DNA of 64,000 nt. It comes from Podarcis cretensis. Lineage: Eukaryota. The notes under the pieces were generated by a model that was not told where the DNA came from, searched no databases, and saw only the letters and a list, made by a program, of their open reading frames with translations. The stretch lies in contig OX638151.1 in assembly GCA_951804945.1 (NCBI GenBank), positions 81,716,001 to 81,780,000 of the forward strand, given 5' to 3'. This document shows positions 12,501-24,500 of the stretch, one piece after another; the stretch's first letter is position 1; each line of letters opens with the position of its first letter. The position numbers and the translations under genes are program-made.

Positions 12501-15500
12501 ACAAGTTTTCTGTGACGGAGCAAAAGGTTACTGGGATTCATGTAAGGTCGATTTTCCAGCCTTTGCCTTCCTTAAGCTTTTGTAGTCTTTTTATCTTGTG
12601 GTTTGCCATGGCTCTGTCAGGTAGCAAATTCATGAACGCACACTCTGAGCTAGAATGTCTCAAGATGTTTTTAAACCTCAGTTCTGCTGACAGAAATGCA
12701 AGTAACTTTAAATGGGGGAGAATTTCAGAATTTATGTCTCAAAAGGATTATGAGACATTCTGAACATTTCTGATAGGACCAGGATGATTTTGAATGTGAG
12801 ACTTTCCTTTAATTTCTAATTGACGTGTCGCGTCTTCCCCCTTTCATTATTTTTGTACCTTGGTGTGTATACAAACTATCAATCAGTAGCCACGCCTTTT
12901 CATTTCTCAGGAATGGTAGCAGTCAACAATCAAGCCTGTGTTCAGAAATAAGGCAATTTATTGCTTTCTGCCTTAAGTTTACACCATCTACCTCACAACA
13001 GCTTCAAGGCCTTTATTACTTGTTAGACTCTCAAAAGGTAAGAACAAGTGTTAAGTTCAGAAAACTCTCCTTCCCTTTTCATTTTTCTTTTCTTTATTCA
13101 CATGGCACTGTATTCTCCAATCCAGGACAGAGACCCGTAACATACAAAACAAGGGAAAATGTAATATGATATCAAAGGGGGCTGTATTATAGTGCTCTCC
13201 ACATTCTCATTATCAGTGTCAAACACCTGGGTACTTTTTATCTCTGTTATTATTATCATCAGGGACGTGCGTGGCGCTGTGGGTTAAACCACAGAGCCTA
13301 GGACTTGCTGATCAGAAGGTTGGCAGTTTGAATCCCCACGATGGTATGAGCTTCCGTTGCTCGGTCCCTGCTCCTGGCAACCTAGCAGTTCAAAAGCACG
13401 TCAAAGTGCAAGTAGATAAATAGGTACTGCTCCAGCGGGAAGGTAAACGGTGTTTCCGTGCACTGCTCTGGTTCGCCAGAAGCGGCTTAGTCATGCTGGC
13501 CACATGACCCGGAAGCTGTACGCCGGCTCCCTTGGTCAATAAAGCGAGATGAGCACCGCAACCCCAGAGTCGGCCATGACTGGACCTAATGGTTAGGGGT
13601 GCTTTTACCTTTATTATTATCACCATTATTTTCTTTTTTGTCATTCATATTTTGAGTAATTTATGTAAAGAATTAAAAAATCAAATCAACATAAATTTAA
13701 CTGTTGGTCCCTGAAACGTAAAACTTGTGCACACATCATTAGAATGCTAAAAAAGCGGAGGCAAACATTGAGAGCCTCTTTAATTCTTCTGTACTTTCGT
13801 CCTGCGCTTTTAGGTCTCTGCAGAAGAAATTTCTCTCATGTGGTCAGAACTGGTGAATGCTGCTTTAGTAGCGTTTTGGAGCAGTGTCGTTACTACAAAT
13901 CCAGAGCGCTGGTTGACCTGGCAGCCACTGTCTGTGGAAGAGAAGAAGATGCCAAAATCTCTCATGGACTGTTCTGCTCAGGTTTGTGTGAGGAAACTTG
14001 CATTTTTTAAAGGGTTATGGTGAGACTCTACTGTCAGGGCAGGAACTTACTATATGATAAACTATTTTACGGAATAGTGTAGGACCTTCAACAAAACAAT
14101 GCACTGCCAAGTGCTCTTGTTCACAATTCCAGCCAGCCATGCTTTCTTTTAGGTTGCTCCATTCCGTCACCTCATTTAATTTTTTCCTCTCCTAATTGTG
14201 AGTCCTCTCTGCCCACTGAGCATGCTCAGTCTTCACTCAGTTTTCCCTGTTACAATTTTTTCTGGAGATTTTTTTTTGGGGGGTGGGGTGGAGTGTACTT
14301 CTGCAGGTATCGAGTTTCCTACAAAGTTTCTAATAGTTCCTTCTTGTGAATGAATGGTGCCATTTTGATGTTACATAGAGAATGGGTTCACTATTCATTC
14401 AGAGGATTGAAAGTATTCACTCCCATTGCTTGGAGTGTGAATTAGGTACTAGAACTGATCCCAAGGAAGGCTCTGCTATTTATAGCTTATGCGGGTTTAA
14501 AATACAGCATTAATATAAAATAAAGCGTTAATGCTCCTAAAGTGCTTTTGAGCGGCCTGTTAAGCAGGAGATGTTTGTGACAAGCTGCAATCTGAATAAT
14601 TCTTCCATACAACTGATGCTAAATTCAGAGGAGCTTGGATTTGCTTTTTAAACAAAGCTTGACAAGGAGCCTGAAAACTTGAACAAAAAACTAAACCCAT
14701 TTTCGATGCCCTGTCCAAAAATCCAGCTGGACATTTCATATTTGAACGACTTGTGCAAAATTAGCAAAGTTCCTGTTAGTATGTTCACTTTCGTTTGCAT
14801 TTTTCTGTAGTGGTCAATGAAAGTCATTGATTGGAGACAGTGCAGGAGATAAAGGAACACAGTTGAGATGAGTCTAGATTCACCCCTCCCTATCAAATAT
14901 TTTGATTATCAGAATGCCGGGGGTGGGGTGACAGGTTTTTCTCCCACTGTAGAAGACAGGTAGACAAATAGCACAAACCCTGCATTAGAAGATGGGGAAG
15001 CGTCTTTTAAATAAACTTAATTAGGAAATATATTTAGCAAAATTACAGATTTTGGAATTATCTTATTGCTGAAGGTAGAGATTAGTTTAGTGCTTATGCA
15101 CGATATTTTAAATACGGGTGGGATGTTGGTTTGGAAATCCTGTCTTGCATCCACCCATCCCGATGCACTGCTTAAATTTCAGTGACTTTCAGTGGGTTCC
15201 AATGTTCCAATGTTGTTGTTGTTGTTTTTTGGTAACATGTTCTCTAAAATGTTCTGACATTTCCAAGTCTGTGACCTGCCCTTTTAAAAAATAAAATAAA
15301 ATGTGGAAACTTTTATCAATGCTATAAACATATGTTTTGATCTTTATTAATTTAGGGTGTGGGTATTTTGAGTCGAGCAGTTTTCTCCAAGTGCCTCTCT
15401 GAAATTCTAACTAGCAGCAGCAAGTGGAGCCAGTGGGATGTGACCGGCCTTCCTGTCCTGTCCGCCTCCAACGTCACACTGGGAGAGCGGCTGGAGAGAG

Positions 15501-18500
15501 CACAGCAGCTTCAGGAAGTCAGCACAGTTCTGTGGACCAACTTGCCCTTTTCTTCCATGGCTGAATTTAGGTATTGTATTAAGAAACAAAGCCAGTGGGT
15601 CAGGAGAGATAGATTCTTTGTACCCTTGGTTAACAGCTAGTTAGCAGCTAGGGTGGCCAGACTCCCCACCCTACTGTAGAGATAGTTCTCTTGTCTCTAT
15701 GTTGGCAGCAGAGGCCTAGGTGATACCTGTCCAATAGCCTGATTAGGCTCTAGGGACTTTCCAGTTGCAGATCTCTTCTTCATCCTTATTTGGAACATCT
15801 CTTTCTTTCAGGTTTACAGATTCCAGGTTCCAAGGTGTCATGTTGCATAGGCAACTCGTAGTTCTTAAAGGCCTGGTTCCGGCAGAACAGCAGGAGGAAT
15901 ATCTCCGGAACTGCAATAAGGTTTCGTCCAAGAGCCCAGCGGCGTTTCAGTACATTTGCAAAGTGCTCAGGGATGCAGCTGCCCGGGAAATATTGCCTGA
16001 GCAGATCGTCTGCATCTGGCTGACTTGCTTGCAGCAGTTCTTTGGGCATGAAGGAGGACTGCAGAACTTGCCCGAAACGGCTCGGCGAGGCAGTCTCTGG
16101 GTCAACCTAGGTCTCCTGCAGATCCAGCTGTGGCTTCCACAGACCCAGTATGATCCAGCGGTGAAAAGAGAATACAAGCTCAAGTACGCAGAGGAAGAGG
16201 TGAGGGCTTGGGTTCCCTTGCCTTGTGGCTAATGGGATTTTTAGGCTTACACCGACATTTCAAATCTTCAGATGACTGCTAAACTATACCACGCCACATG
16301 AACAAATGTAGTAAGATTGCATTGGAAATTTGCTGTCATATGAGACAAAACAACCCAATAACATGGTGCATAACTACAAGTACTAGGACGGGTGCAAGAT
16401 CTTACTCATTTTTCAAAACAGAAAATGAATCTCTGCATAGTCATGTAAAACCCTACAAGATGAATAAAGATATACACAGATATGCAGATTGAGCACAGGT
16501 GAGGAATCTGTGCCCTTCTGTGTATTGCTAGAGATCAGCTCCCTAGACAATGATGGTCACTAGTCATGGGTATTCAGAGGTAACTGGGGTGGTGGTGGTG
16601 TATCCAACAAAATCATCCCATTTGTGCGAGGACTTCCCTTCCCTCTCCCTATACCCCTTCCCAATCTGCTCCAGAGAGTTTGGGGAATACCAAGAACAGG
16701 TTTGGGTGTGTGGGGAGGGGGCCAAATTCATTTATGCAAGCATAAGTCCTTGCCCAAACATGACAACTTCATTGGAGACAGCCCACTGTTTCTAGACTTT
16801 GAGTTTCCATTTACCTTTCACGACTTAACAGCCTTGCTGTAGACTTACAACATACAGAAGGATCTGTAAATTCTCGGTACACAAGAATAGCTCCTCTTCC
16901 ACTCAGTTGGAGTGGTGGCAGAGTTTTATCTTGAATAAAACTTGCATGGTTTTTTGTTTTTTGTCTGACGCCTTCAGCTGCACCATCTAGAATGTGAATG
17001 GAAGACGCACAATCTGTCAACTCAGTTACGCACAGGGAAAGATCTGGAAGATGAAGCCATCAGCCATCACAGTCACCCTCACATTAGGTAACTACAAGAT
17101 TCCCTGTGGCTTTGGAATGTTGTAATGTTTGCCTCCTGTTCCCAAATTTGAAAGGGTAATTGTAAATAGTCACAATAGTCCAGTGGGCTGTGGGTTCAAA
17201 TCCCTGCTTGTAACAGAGCCTTGGGTAGTTGCACTTAACTACAGGATTCTTGTTTTCTTGACTCTCAGTTTGCCGTTTGGGTAATGAATGATTTGAGGCA
17301 GGGGTGGGTGGATTGGAAGAACAGGTGTGTGGCTCTTGCCATTTGGTCCCCATCCATCTGGACACAATTTAAAAAGCTTGCTTTTGTCCAGTGTACCTAG
17401 ACCTATACCGAGTTGCCTGAGTTCCTCGTGGCAAAGAAAAGTGAAGCTATATAAATAGTCAGGGTGGCACTTAATTTCATCATGGCAGCAAAATAATTTG
17501 TTCTGCTCTTGAAGGTGGCTTTCATCTAATAGTCGTTGGATGACCCTGACCTTTGACCTTTTGCAACTTATCCTCTCTCAGGATGTTATGCCAAAGAATC
17601 CAGAAGCTGAAGGACCAGATTGCCAGCCTCAGCCAAAAGCAAGCCTATAGACCACAGGCTCCTTCGTATGAGTCATTGTACAAGGAAGTTCATCAGTACG
17701 TCAGCAGCATTGCCCAGACTTCAAAAGTCCAGGATCTCGTGACCCGCCTGCTGCAGTTACTCCATTTGGATAAGTCTCAGTCTCTCCAGATGGTGCAAAA
17801 CATCCTCAGTGAAGAGGCAGCCTGGCAGCAGTCGCACCATCAGTTCAGGAAACGGTTGGCAGAGGACTATGCTGCCTTCCCTGATGCAGTCGTCCCACTG
17901 CAAGCTGCCATTTTGCAGATGCAGCATGGCCTAAGGCTTGTGGCTTCTGAAGTCCATAGGACGATGTTCAGCAGTTTTGTCTGCCCAGCCAAGCTTGGCA
18001 CTCTGGTTGCCTCTCTGCTGTTGTTTCCTTCCGTCAGCGCCACTTTCCCCTGTTACCTTTCCCATGCGGATGCCTTGTGCTCTGTGAACGCTCTGGACGT
18101 CCTTCATGGCCTTAAGAGGCTGTCTCTGAAATACTCCTCTGAGGATGCTGATGGGGAGCAGAGGGTATGCCTCACCCAGGAGCAGCTGCTGGTGAATGCT
18201 TTGTTGTTTCTCCATTGCCACGTGCTGTCCAAGGGAGAACTGGACCACAAATCTCTGCAGCTATTTAGGCATTTGTGCCAGGTATGGTGGTGCTATTTAA
18301 GCAGCTACATTTTTTGAGCCTCTACCTTCATTCTCTCCTTATTGCTCCGGCCGGGGGGGGGGGACATCTTTGGAAACTTAACTATTTGGCAAATGAAAGC
18401 AGGCCACTTTAGGAACTGTTGCTCTATTTATTTATTTTTTATTTGCTTTGGCCCAGAAATACCTCCCACAAGTAGAAATATGCTTCTGCTTGTGCAAGGC

Positions 18501-21500
18501 AGCTCCAAAGTTCTCCTGGTTTCCCTGTCCTCCTGCAACCCTGGTTCCTCACAGTGGCATTCCAGAAGTTCCTTTGATCTTCACAAGCAGCTATTCTGAG
18601 AGCCATAGGGAGGGAAAGAGCCAAGAAAAAACCCCATTGTGTGGGTGGAGTTTTGCTTTGTTTATCTCTGATAAAATACAGCAGGTTGGATCTCAGTTGT
18701 TTATAGAATGCTTTTCTGGTTGCACAAAGTGTTTCAAAACTGATAAAACAAAAAAATCAAGAAAACCCGGTAATAAGACAAAATGGCTGCAGAAACTTCT
18801 GCCAAAAACCATCTGTGAAAAATAAATCTTGACACCCTTGGGAGAGAGAAAGGTGACTGGCCTAATGCTCACTGGAAAGAGGGGTCACAGCTTTAGAGCA
18901 GCCAGTATAAAAGCAAGCCTCCAGGCTCCAGCTCTGGGCTTTTTTTCTTGCCACAAAAATGGAGCAGAAAACAACGCCTGTTTGACTAGGCTTCAACATA
19001 CAAGTGGCCTCACAACACCATATGTTTACTGCGTGACACATGTGGGATTTATATGCACAAGTCTCTTATGGATTTTGTTTTTTTTGCATTCTATTTCTTA
19101 GGTAATTATAAATGAATGGGATGAACAAGAGCGCCAGGCCCAGGAAGAGGAGGAACAGAAGAACAGTCTTTACAGATACAGAACCAAGAGCCACGGGAGT
19201 GGCCTCAGTGAAGAGGAGGAGGAAGAGAGAGAGTTCAGGAGAAAATTCCCTCTGCATGAGAAGGTAAACAACTTCTGCTTTAATCAGAAATTACGTACGG
19301 AACTTTATTCTGTTTGTGTTTGTGCAGCAGTTTACATATTCAGAAAGAAATACTGAAGTATCAATAGTGTGGCAGCTGGGAGCTGGATGAAATGGGATAG
19401 GGGCAGAACCTTAAAATGTTTTTAATTTCACTGGAAGTCAGTATGTCCAATAGCCTAACTGCCAGAATCCTAAGTTCACGTTTCCGCTTTGTGTTCAGTG
19501 AGCCATTGTGACATTATTTGTTCTTGTTGGGAGAATACACAGTGTAAAGACTGAAAAAGCTCTCTGCACATCTGGGGAAAGTGTTTATAGAGCTTTGAAT
19601 GGTAAATGGGGGGGGGAGGCTGTGTTACGAAACACTTTCAGTTTTGGTTGTAGTGCTGTTGCTTGTGTTTTCTTTTTTTGAAAACAGTAAAAATGTTAGT
19701 GTAGGAGTCAGGATAATAGAACAAAGAGGCTTGGAAAAAGGAATAAAATATATTATGTTGCAAATAATTATAAAAAAAAACAATTATTGTACAAGCATTT
19801 TTTTTACTAACACCATAAAGAAGGTTCCTAATAGAATACAGAGCAGATAATACAGCTGCAGTGCTATGGCAAAACGTACAGTATAGCTCCTCTATTGCCA
19901 CAGAGAGGTGGCCACTTTTTTGCTTCCTACCTGGATGTGTGTGGAGCCCAGTTGTGCTCCCGCAACTTCTCAAATGCCCACTGAAGCAGGATCTTTAGTA
20001 AAGCCTGGCTCACTAGATGACCTGTGGGTGCATAAAACTGGTTCCCCATGTTCTGAAGAGCTGCATAGTAAGCAGTCTTGCGGTTCTTACCAGCCTGCTT
20101 TGTTCCATGCAAGCATGTCCTTTGAAATTGGTGAGCTTTGCTGCTGATCTTAAAATACAGTGCTGCAAGTTGTCACTAAATACACCTTTCAATACGATTT
20201 GCAGGATTTTGAAGATATTACAGCAGAGGCAAGCCTTGAGGGGAAAATGGAAATGAATGACGGTTTAGAAAAGGAAGCAGTTTGTGAAAAAGCCCTTCTT
20301 TCTCACCACTCAATGAAAACAGTCATGACAATTCATCAGCAGCTGTGCCTTTACTTTGCTCGGTCCTTGTGGTATCAGCAAAGCCTGTCCTCCCATCAGG
20401 CGAAGCATCATTTGAATACATTCCTTTCCTGTTACCAGACTGGTGCTTCACTGGTAGCTCACTTCTATCCTTTGATCGGTAAGGATTTTTCGTTTGTGCT
20501 TTCAAGTATGCTGTGCTTCAGTGGCCAGAGAGTCCCCATCCTTTTGAGGGAGCCATAGAATCCCCCCTCCAATATGTTGCACAAGTGTGTGTGGCACCTT
20601 CCTGTCTCTTACATAAGCTAAAGTGCTCCCTGCAGCATACCCATCTGAACATGGCAGGGCGAGGCCATTAATAATGGGCAAGATGTTTTCTTGTTAAGGA
20701 ACCCCAGATAAGCTTCCATGGAACCATCATTCAAAGACCGCAGCTGTGATTTAAAAATCCTGTGTGTCTACTGCTAATGGTTGTTGAAGTACGTACAGTT
20801 GTACCTTGGTTTTCGAAAAGCCTAGTTCTTGAACGTTTTGGCTCCTGAACAATCGAAACCCAGAAGTGAGTGTTCCGGTTTTCAAACGTTCTTTCGGAAG
20901 CTGAACTTCCAACAGGGCTTCTGCGGCTTCCGATTGGAAGAAGCCGTGCCTTAGTTTTCAAATGTTTTGGAAGTCGAACGGACTTCCGGAACAGATTCCA
21001 TTTGACTTCCGAGGTACGACTGTATCTCTAAAAAATAAGTAGACACAATAAACTGAAATGTTTAGCCTTGGCTACATCTGAGGAGCTACGTTCTCTAAAA
21101 CAGTCCCATTGCAGTTGCACCTACCACTTCACGACTTTTTTGTTATTTGTATTCAGAAACCCGTTTTCCCTCTCACGATTGATATACTTAGCTTGAGCCT
21201 TAAAAAGCCAACGTGGCTTAAATGAGTGGTCTCTCATTTCCCTGCTTAAATAATGAGCATAATTCAGTTTGGGTTAGAGTTAGTTGTATGTGTTGAATAC
21301 TACTGAAAGCAATTGGGTAGGGGAGATTTTATTGCGATGGGTAAATGGAATCTCCAACTTTCAAATAGCATGATGCGTTTCCACCGAGGGAAAGTAGCGT
21401 GTTTGGTTCTGCTTGTTATTCAAGAATCTAAATGGCATTAAAAACATAGTAATAAAGCAAAACAAAGCCTTGTATAATTGAATTTGGACAGCCTCTAGGG

Positions 21501-24500
21501 TGTGGGTGGTCATTTATTGAAACTGTCCCTGTGATCTTGTTGACTTGGACAGCCTCTAGGGTGTGGGTGGTCATTTATTGAAACTGTCCCTGTGATCTTG
21601 TTGATTTGCTATGCAGAGGGTATTGGTAGAAAGGCATTCTAGGTTATTCTTCCTAGAATTAAACATTCTGGTCTTAAGTGCCTAAGAAGTAGATACTCAC
21701 AGAGGCTTTTGGAGTGAGCTTTCACTATATATAGTGATGGGCTGTGCAAAACAATTGCTCTAAGACACAACACATTTGTCTCTGAGCTTATCCTTTACTG
21801 TTTTAATCAATGTGCTGTTTAAAAAGATACGGAAAGCTTTATTGTCTCAATGACTTCTTCTCTCTTCTTGCCCCCTGGACGGCCAAATCATAGGTTCTGA
21901 AATGAACGATAATCTCCATGGCAGCCAACTTCTAGCTAGCACGATACTGCACAATACACTTTTTGAACAGGGGGATTCAGAACTAGTCCTGCAAAACGAA
22001 GGGCCATATGACTTTTATCACCATCCTAATATTCAGCAAGTGCAACAGTGTCAACATGTTCTTGAAAACTTCACAAAAGAGGTGAAGGCACTATTGCAAG
22101 AATGGCCAGACCACCCTGCGCTTGTCCAGGTAAGAGTCTAGACTTTCAGGAACTGAAGCAGTAGCTTAAATAACCAGAGTTCAATTTATATTTGCTTTGA
22201 CCTAGGATTCCTTACATGTTAAGGCTTTGTATGGATAGCACCTTCCACAGAGACAAGCATACTGCTAATCCCCTAAATTTGTTAGTATGTTCAGCTATAT
22301 GTGACAGATGAACGTTTTATCTGCTATTAGCAGAAGAGATGAGATCTTGCAATGCAATATGAAGTTAAAAGTTCTGTTCCTTTGTCTTGTTGATTAGTAT
22401 TAAGCTTTAGAAAGCAACTGCCAGAAGCACTGATTGTCTTTCATTTTGCAGCTTTTGGTTGTACTGGACAGAATCCGTAGTTTTCCACTCTCCAGTCCCC
22501 TTTCGAAGTTCCTGAATGGCTTGGAAATTCTGCTGGCCAAGTCCCAGGTAAGAAAATAGGGGGCAAGTGGTTGTTTGTGTGTATCCAAAAAAGGTGAGAA
22601 GAAATTAACAAACTTCTGTAATACACCTGATTTTTAGTAGCATAGGAAACACCAAATTTACTAATAAAGGAAAATTGTTTGTTGAATGAAGGTGATTGCA
22701 TGTTTAAATTTAAAGGTGTAGATAATGGGCAAGCAAATCAACTTTTTATCAACGTTGAAATGTATAATTTCAGTTTTTGTCTGAAAGGCATCTTTTCCTT
22801 TTCTAGGATTGGGAGGAGAATGCTAGTCGAGCTGTCTCTCTTAGGAAACATCTGGATTTGGTCACTCAGCTGATCATCCAGTGGCGTAAACTGGAACTGA
22901 AGTACGTACTGTCAGTTCCCTTTGTGCTGAGTATTTTCAAGTGTAAATGACCGGGGGGGGGGGGGCGGACCAGATCAGGGGTTTGCTCACAGCATCTGGA
23001 GCTAGCTCAGAAAGTTGAAGGGATTTTTGTCAGGGGTTCCCAGCAGAGAGAGAGAGATGTGGAGTTTCATTCCTCTACACAGCTTCCTACTCCATTCCAG
23101 CATGTCTTCTATTTCCTACCTTCTAGATCCCTGTGGCGTTTGGTTTTTTTGTATTTTTCTTCAATCCTTAGCCAAAGAAGAATCCCTGTTCTTTCAAATA
23201 TAGATAACCTAGCAGCTTATGCAAAATAAATGTGCTACATACACGTCTTTAAAAATATGATTATTTACTAATGCAGATGTTTTTAAGTTTTCATATTTCA
23301 GAACTGATGTTAGTGCAAAAATAACAGCCTTACCTGTACTGTAAAAATAGTTGTCGTAAAAATTGGGCTGCTTTCTAAGAAACCATTGATTTAAAAGCAA
23401 GCATGGGTGGGTGGTGATAGGGCTCTGAGATTTAATGTTCATTAGTAGGTCTTTCTTTTTCTACTTGCATTGTTAGCTGTTGGTCTGTTAGTCTGGATAA
23501 CACAAGGAAACATCACACAGAAAAGTCAATGAAACACTGGTTTTCAGTCTATCAGATGATTGAGAAATATAGGCAAGAACAGACACAGAAGAAAACTGAA
23601 GGTAACTATTGATAAAAGAGTGGTAAAAGAAATGCATGCTGTTAATAGAAGTGCATACACTCAAGGATACACATTTCTATAAACTGAGAAAAATACAAAT
23701 GGTATATGATCTATATCAGCATTCGCAATTCTCTTTTACATGCCCAATAGCCAAGTTTAAAGCTTCTTTCAATATGTAGCATACTGGAGAAATCAAGTAT
23801 TCTTCCATCTTGATTCTCAAGCCACTTAACAGGCAAAACTTGTAACTGCCTATATTATTAAATGGTTGAGCAATCCAACTGTGTATTGCTGTTCACAAGA
23901 ACTGTGAAAAACTACATTAGCCCACAACACTGCTGACTTCAGAAACCATGGCTCTGTAAACAGGGCACACAAATCTTGGCTTGTTTTAAACCAGATTGAC
24001 ATCCCAAGTGGGCAACTCTAGTTGAAAACAACCCAGTATAGACTAAGCACCTGTTATCAGTGCCAAAAACCCATCTTTTATGAAGTATGCAAGATCACAT
24101 CTGAGTGGGACGTACGCCTTTATTGTCTGTCTGGTGGACTCTATACAACCTTTTCCCTCTATATGAAGTGAACTGTTAGTAAAGATATTATAGAATTAGA
24201 TGAGTAATATGATGTGTTTATGGTGTTGTCTTTTCTCCTCTTATTGAACTGGTTCCCTTTAACCACTGTTAAGACAGGAGAGGGAAGTTTCCTGCAGAGA
24301 CGGGAGGGCTTGGAGGAGGGAGCAATTATTCCTGCATCTGGATTACAGTTCCTTAACTGTAGGTAAAAGGCAGCCTGCATTGCATTGTGCACTAAGACTT
24401 ATTTTTAGGGAGGCAGAGCCTGTCCTCTGTCTGTGTCAGTGTTAGTTCCTTCTGAAAGGGCCATAATGGATGTTGTTTGCTGCCACATCTTCATTGCATT

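Noticed and set aside
20053-20085. CTGAAGA plus GCTGC/GCAGT stem
   Set aside because: Lacks GAAA and UH; chance hairpin.
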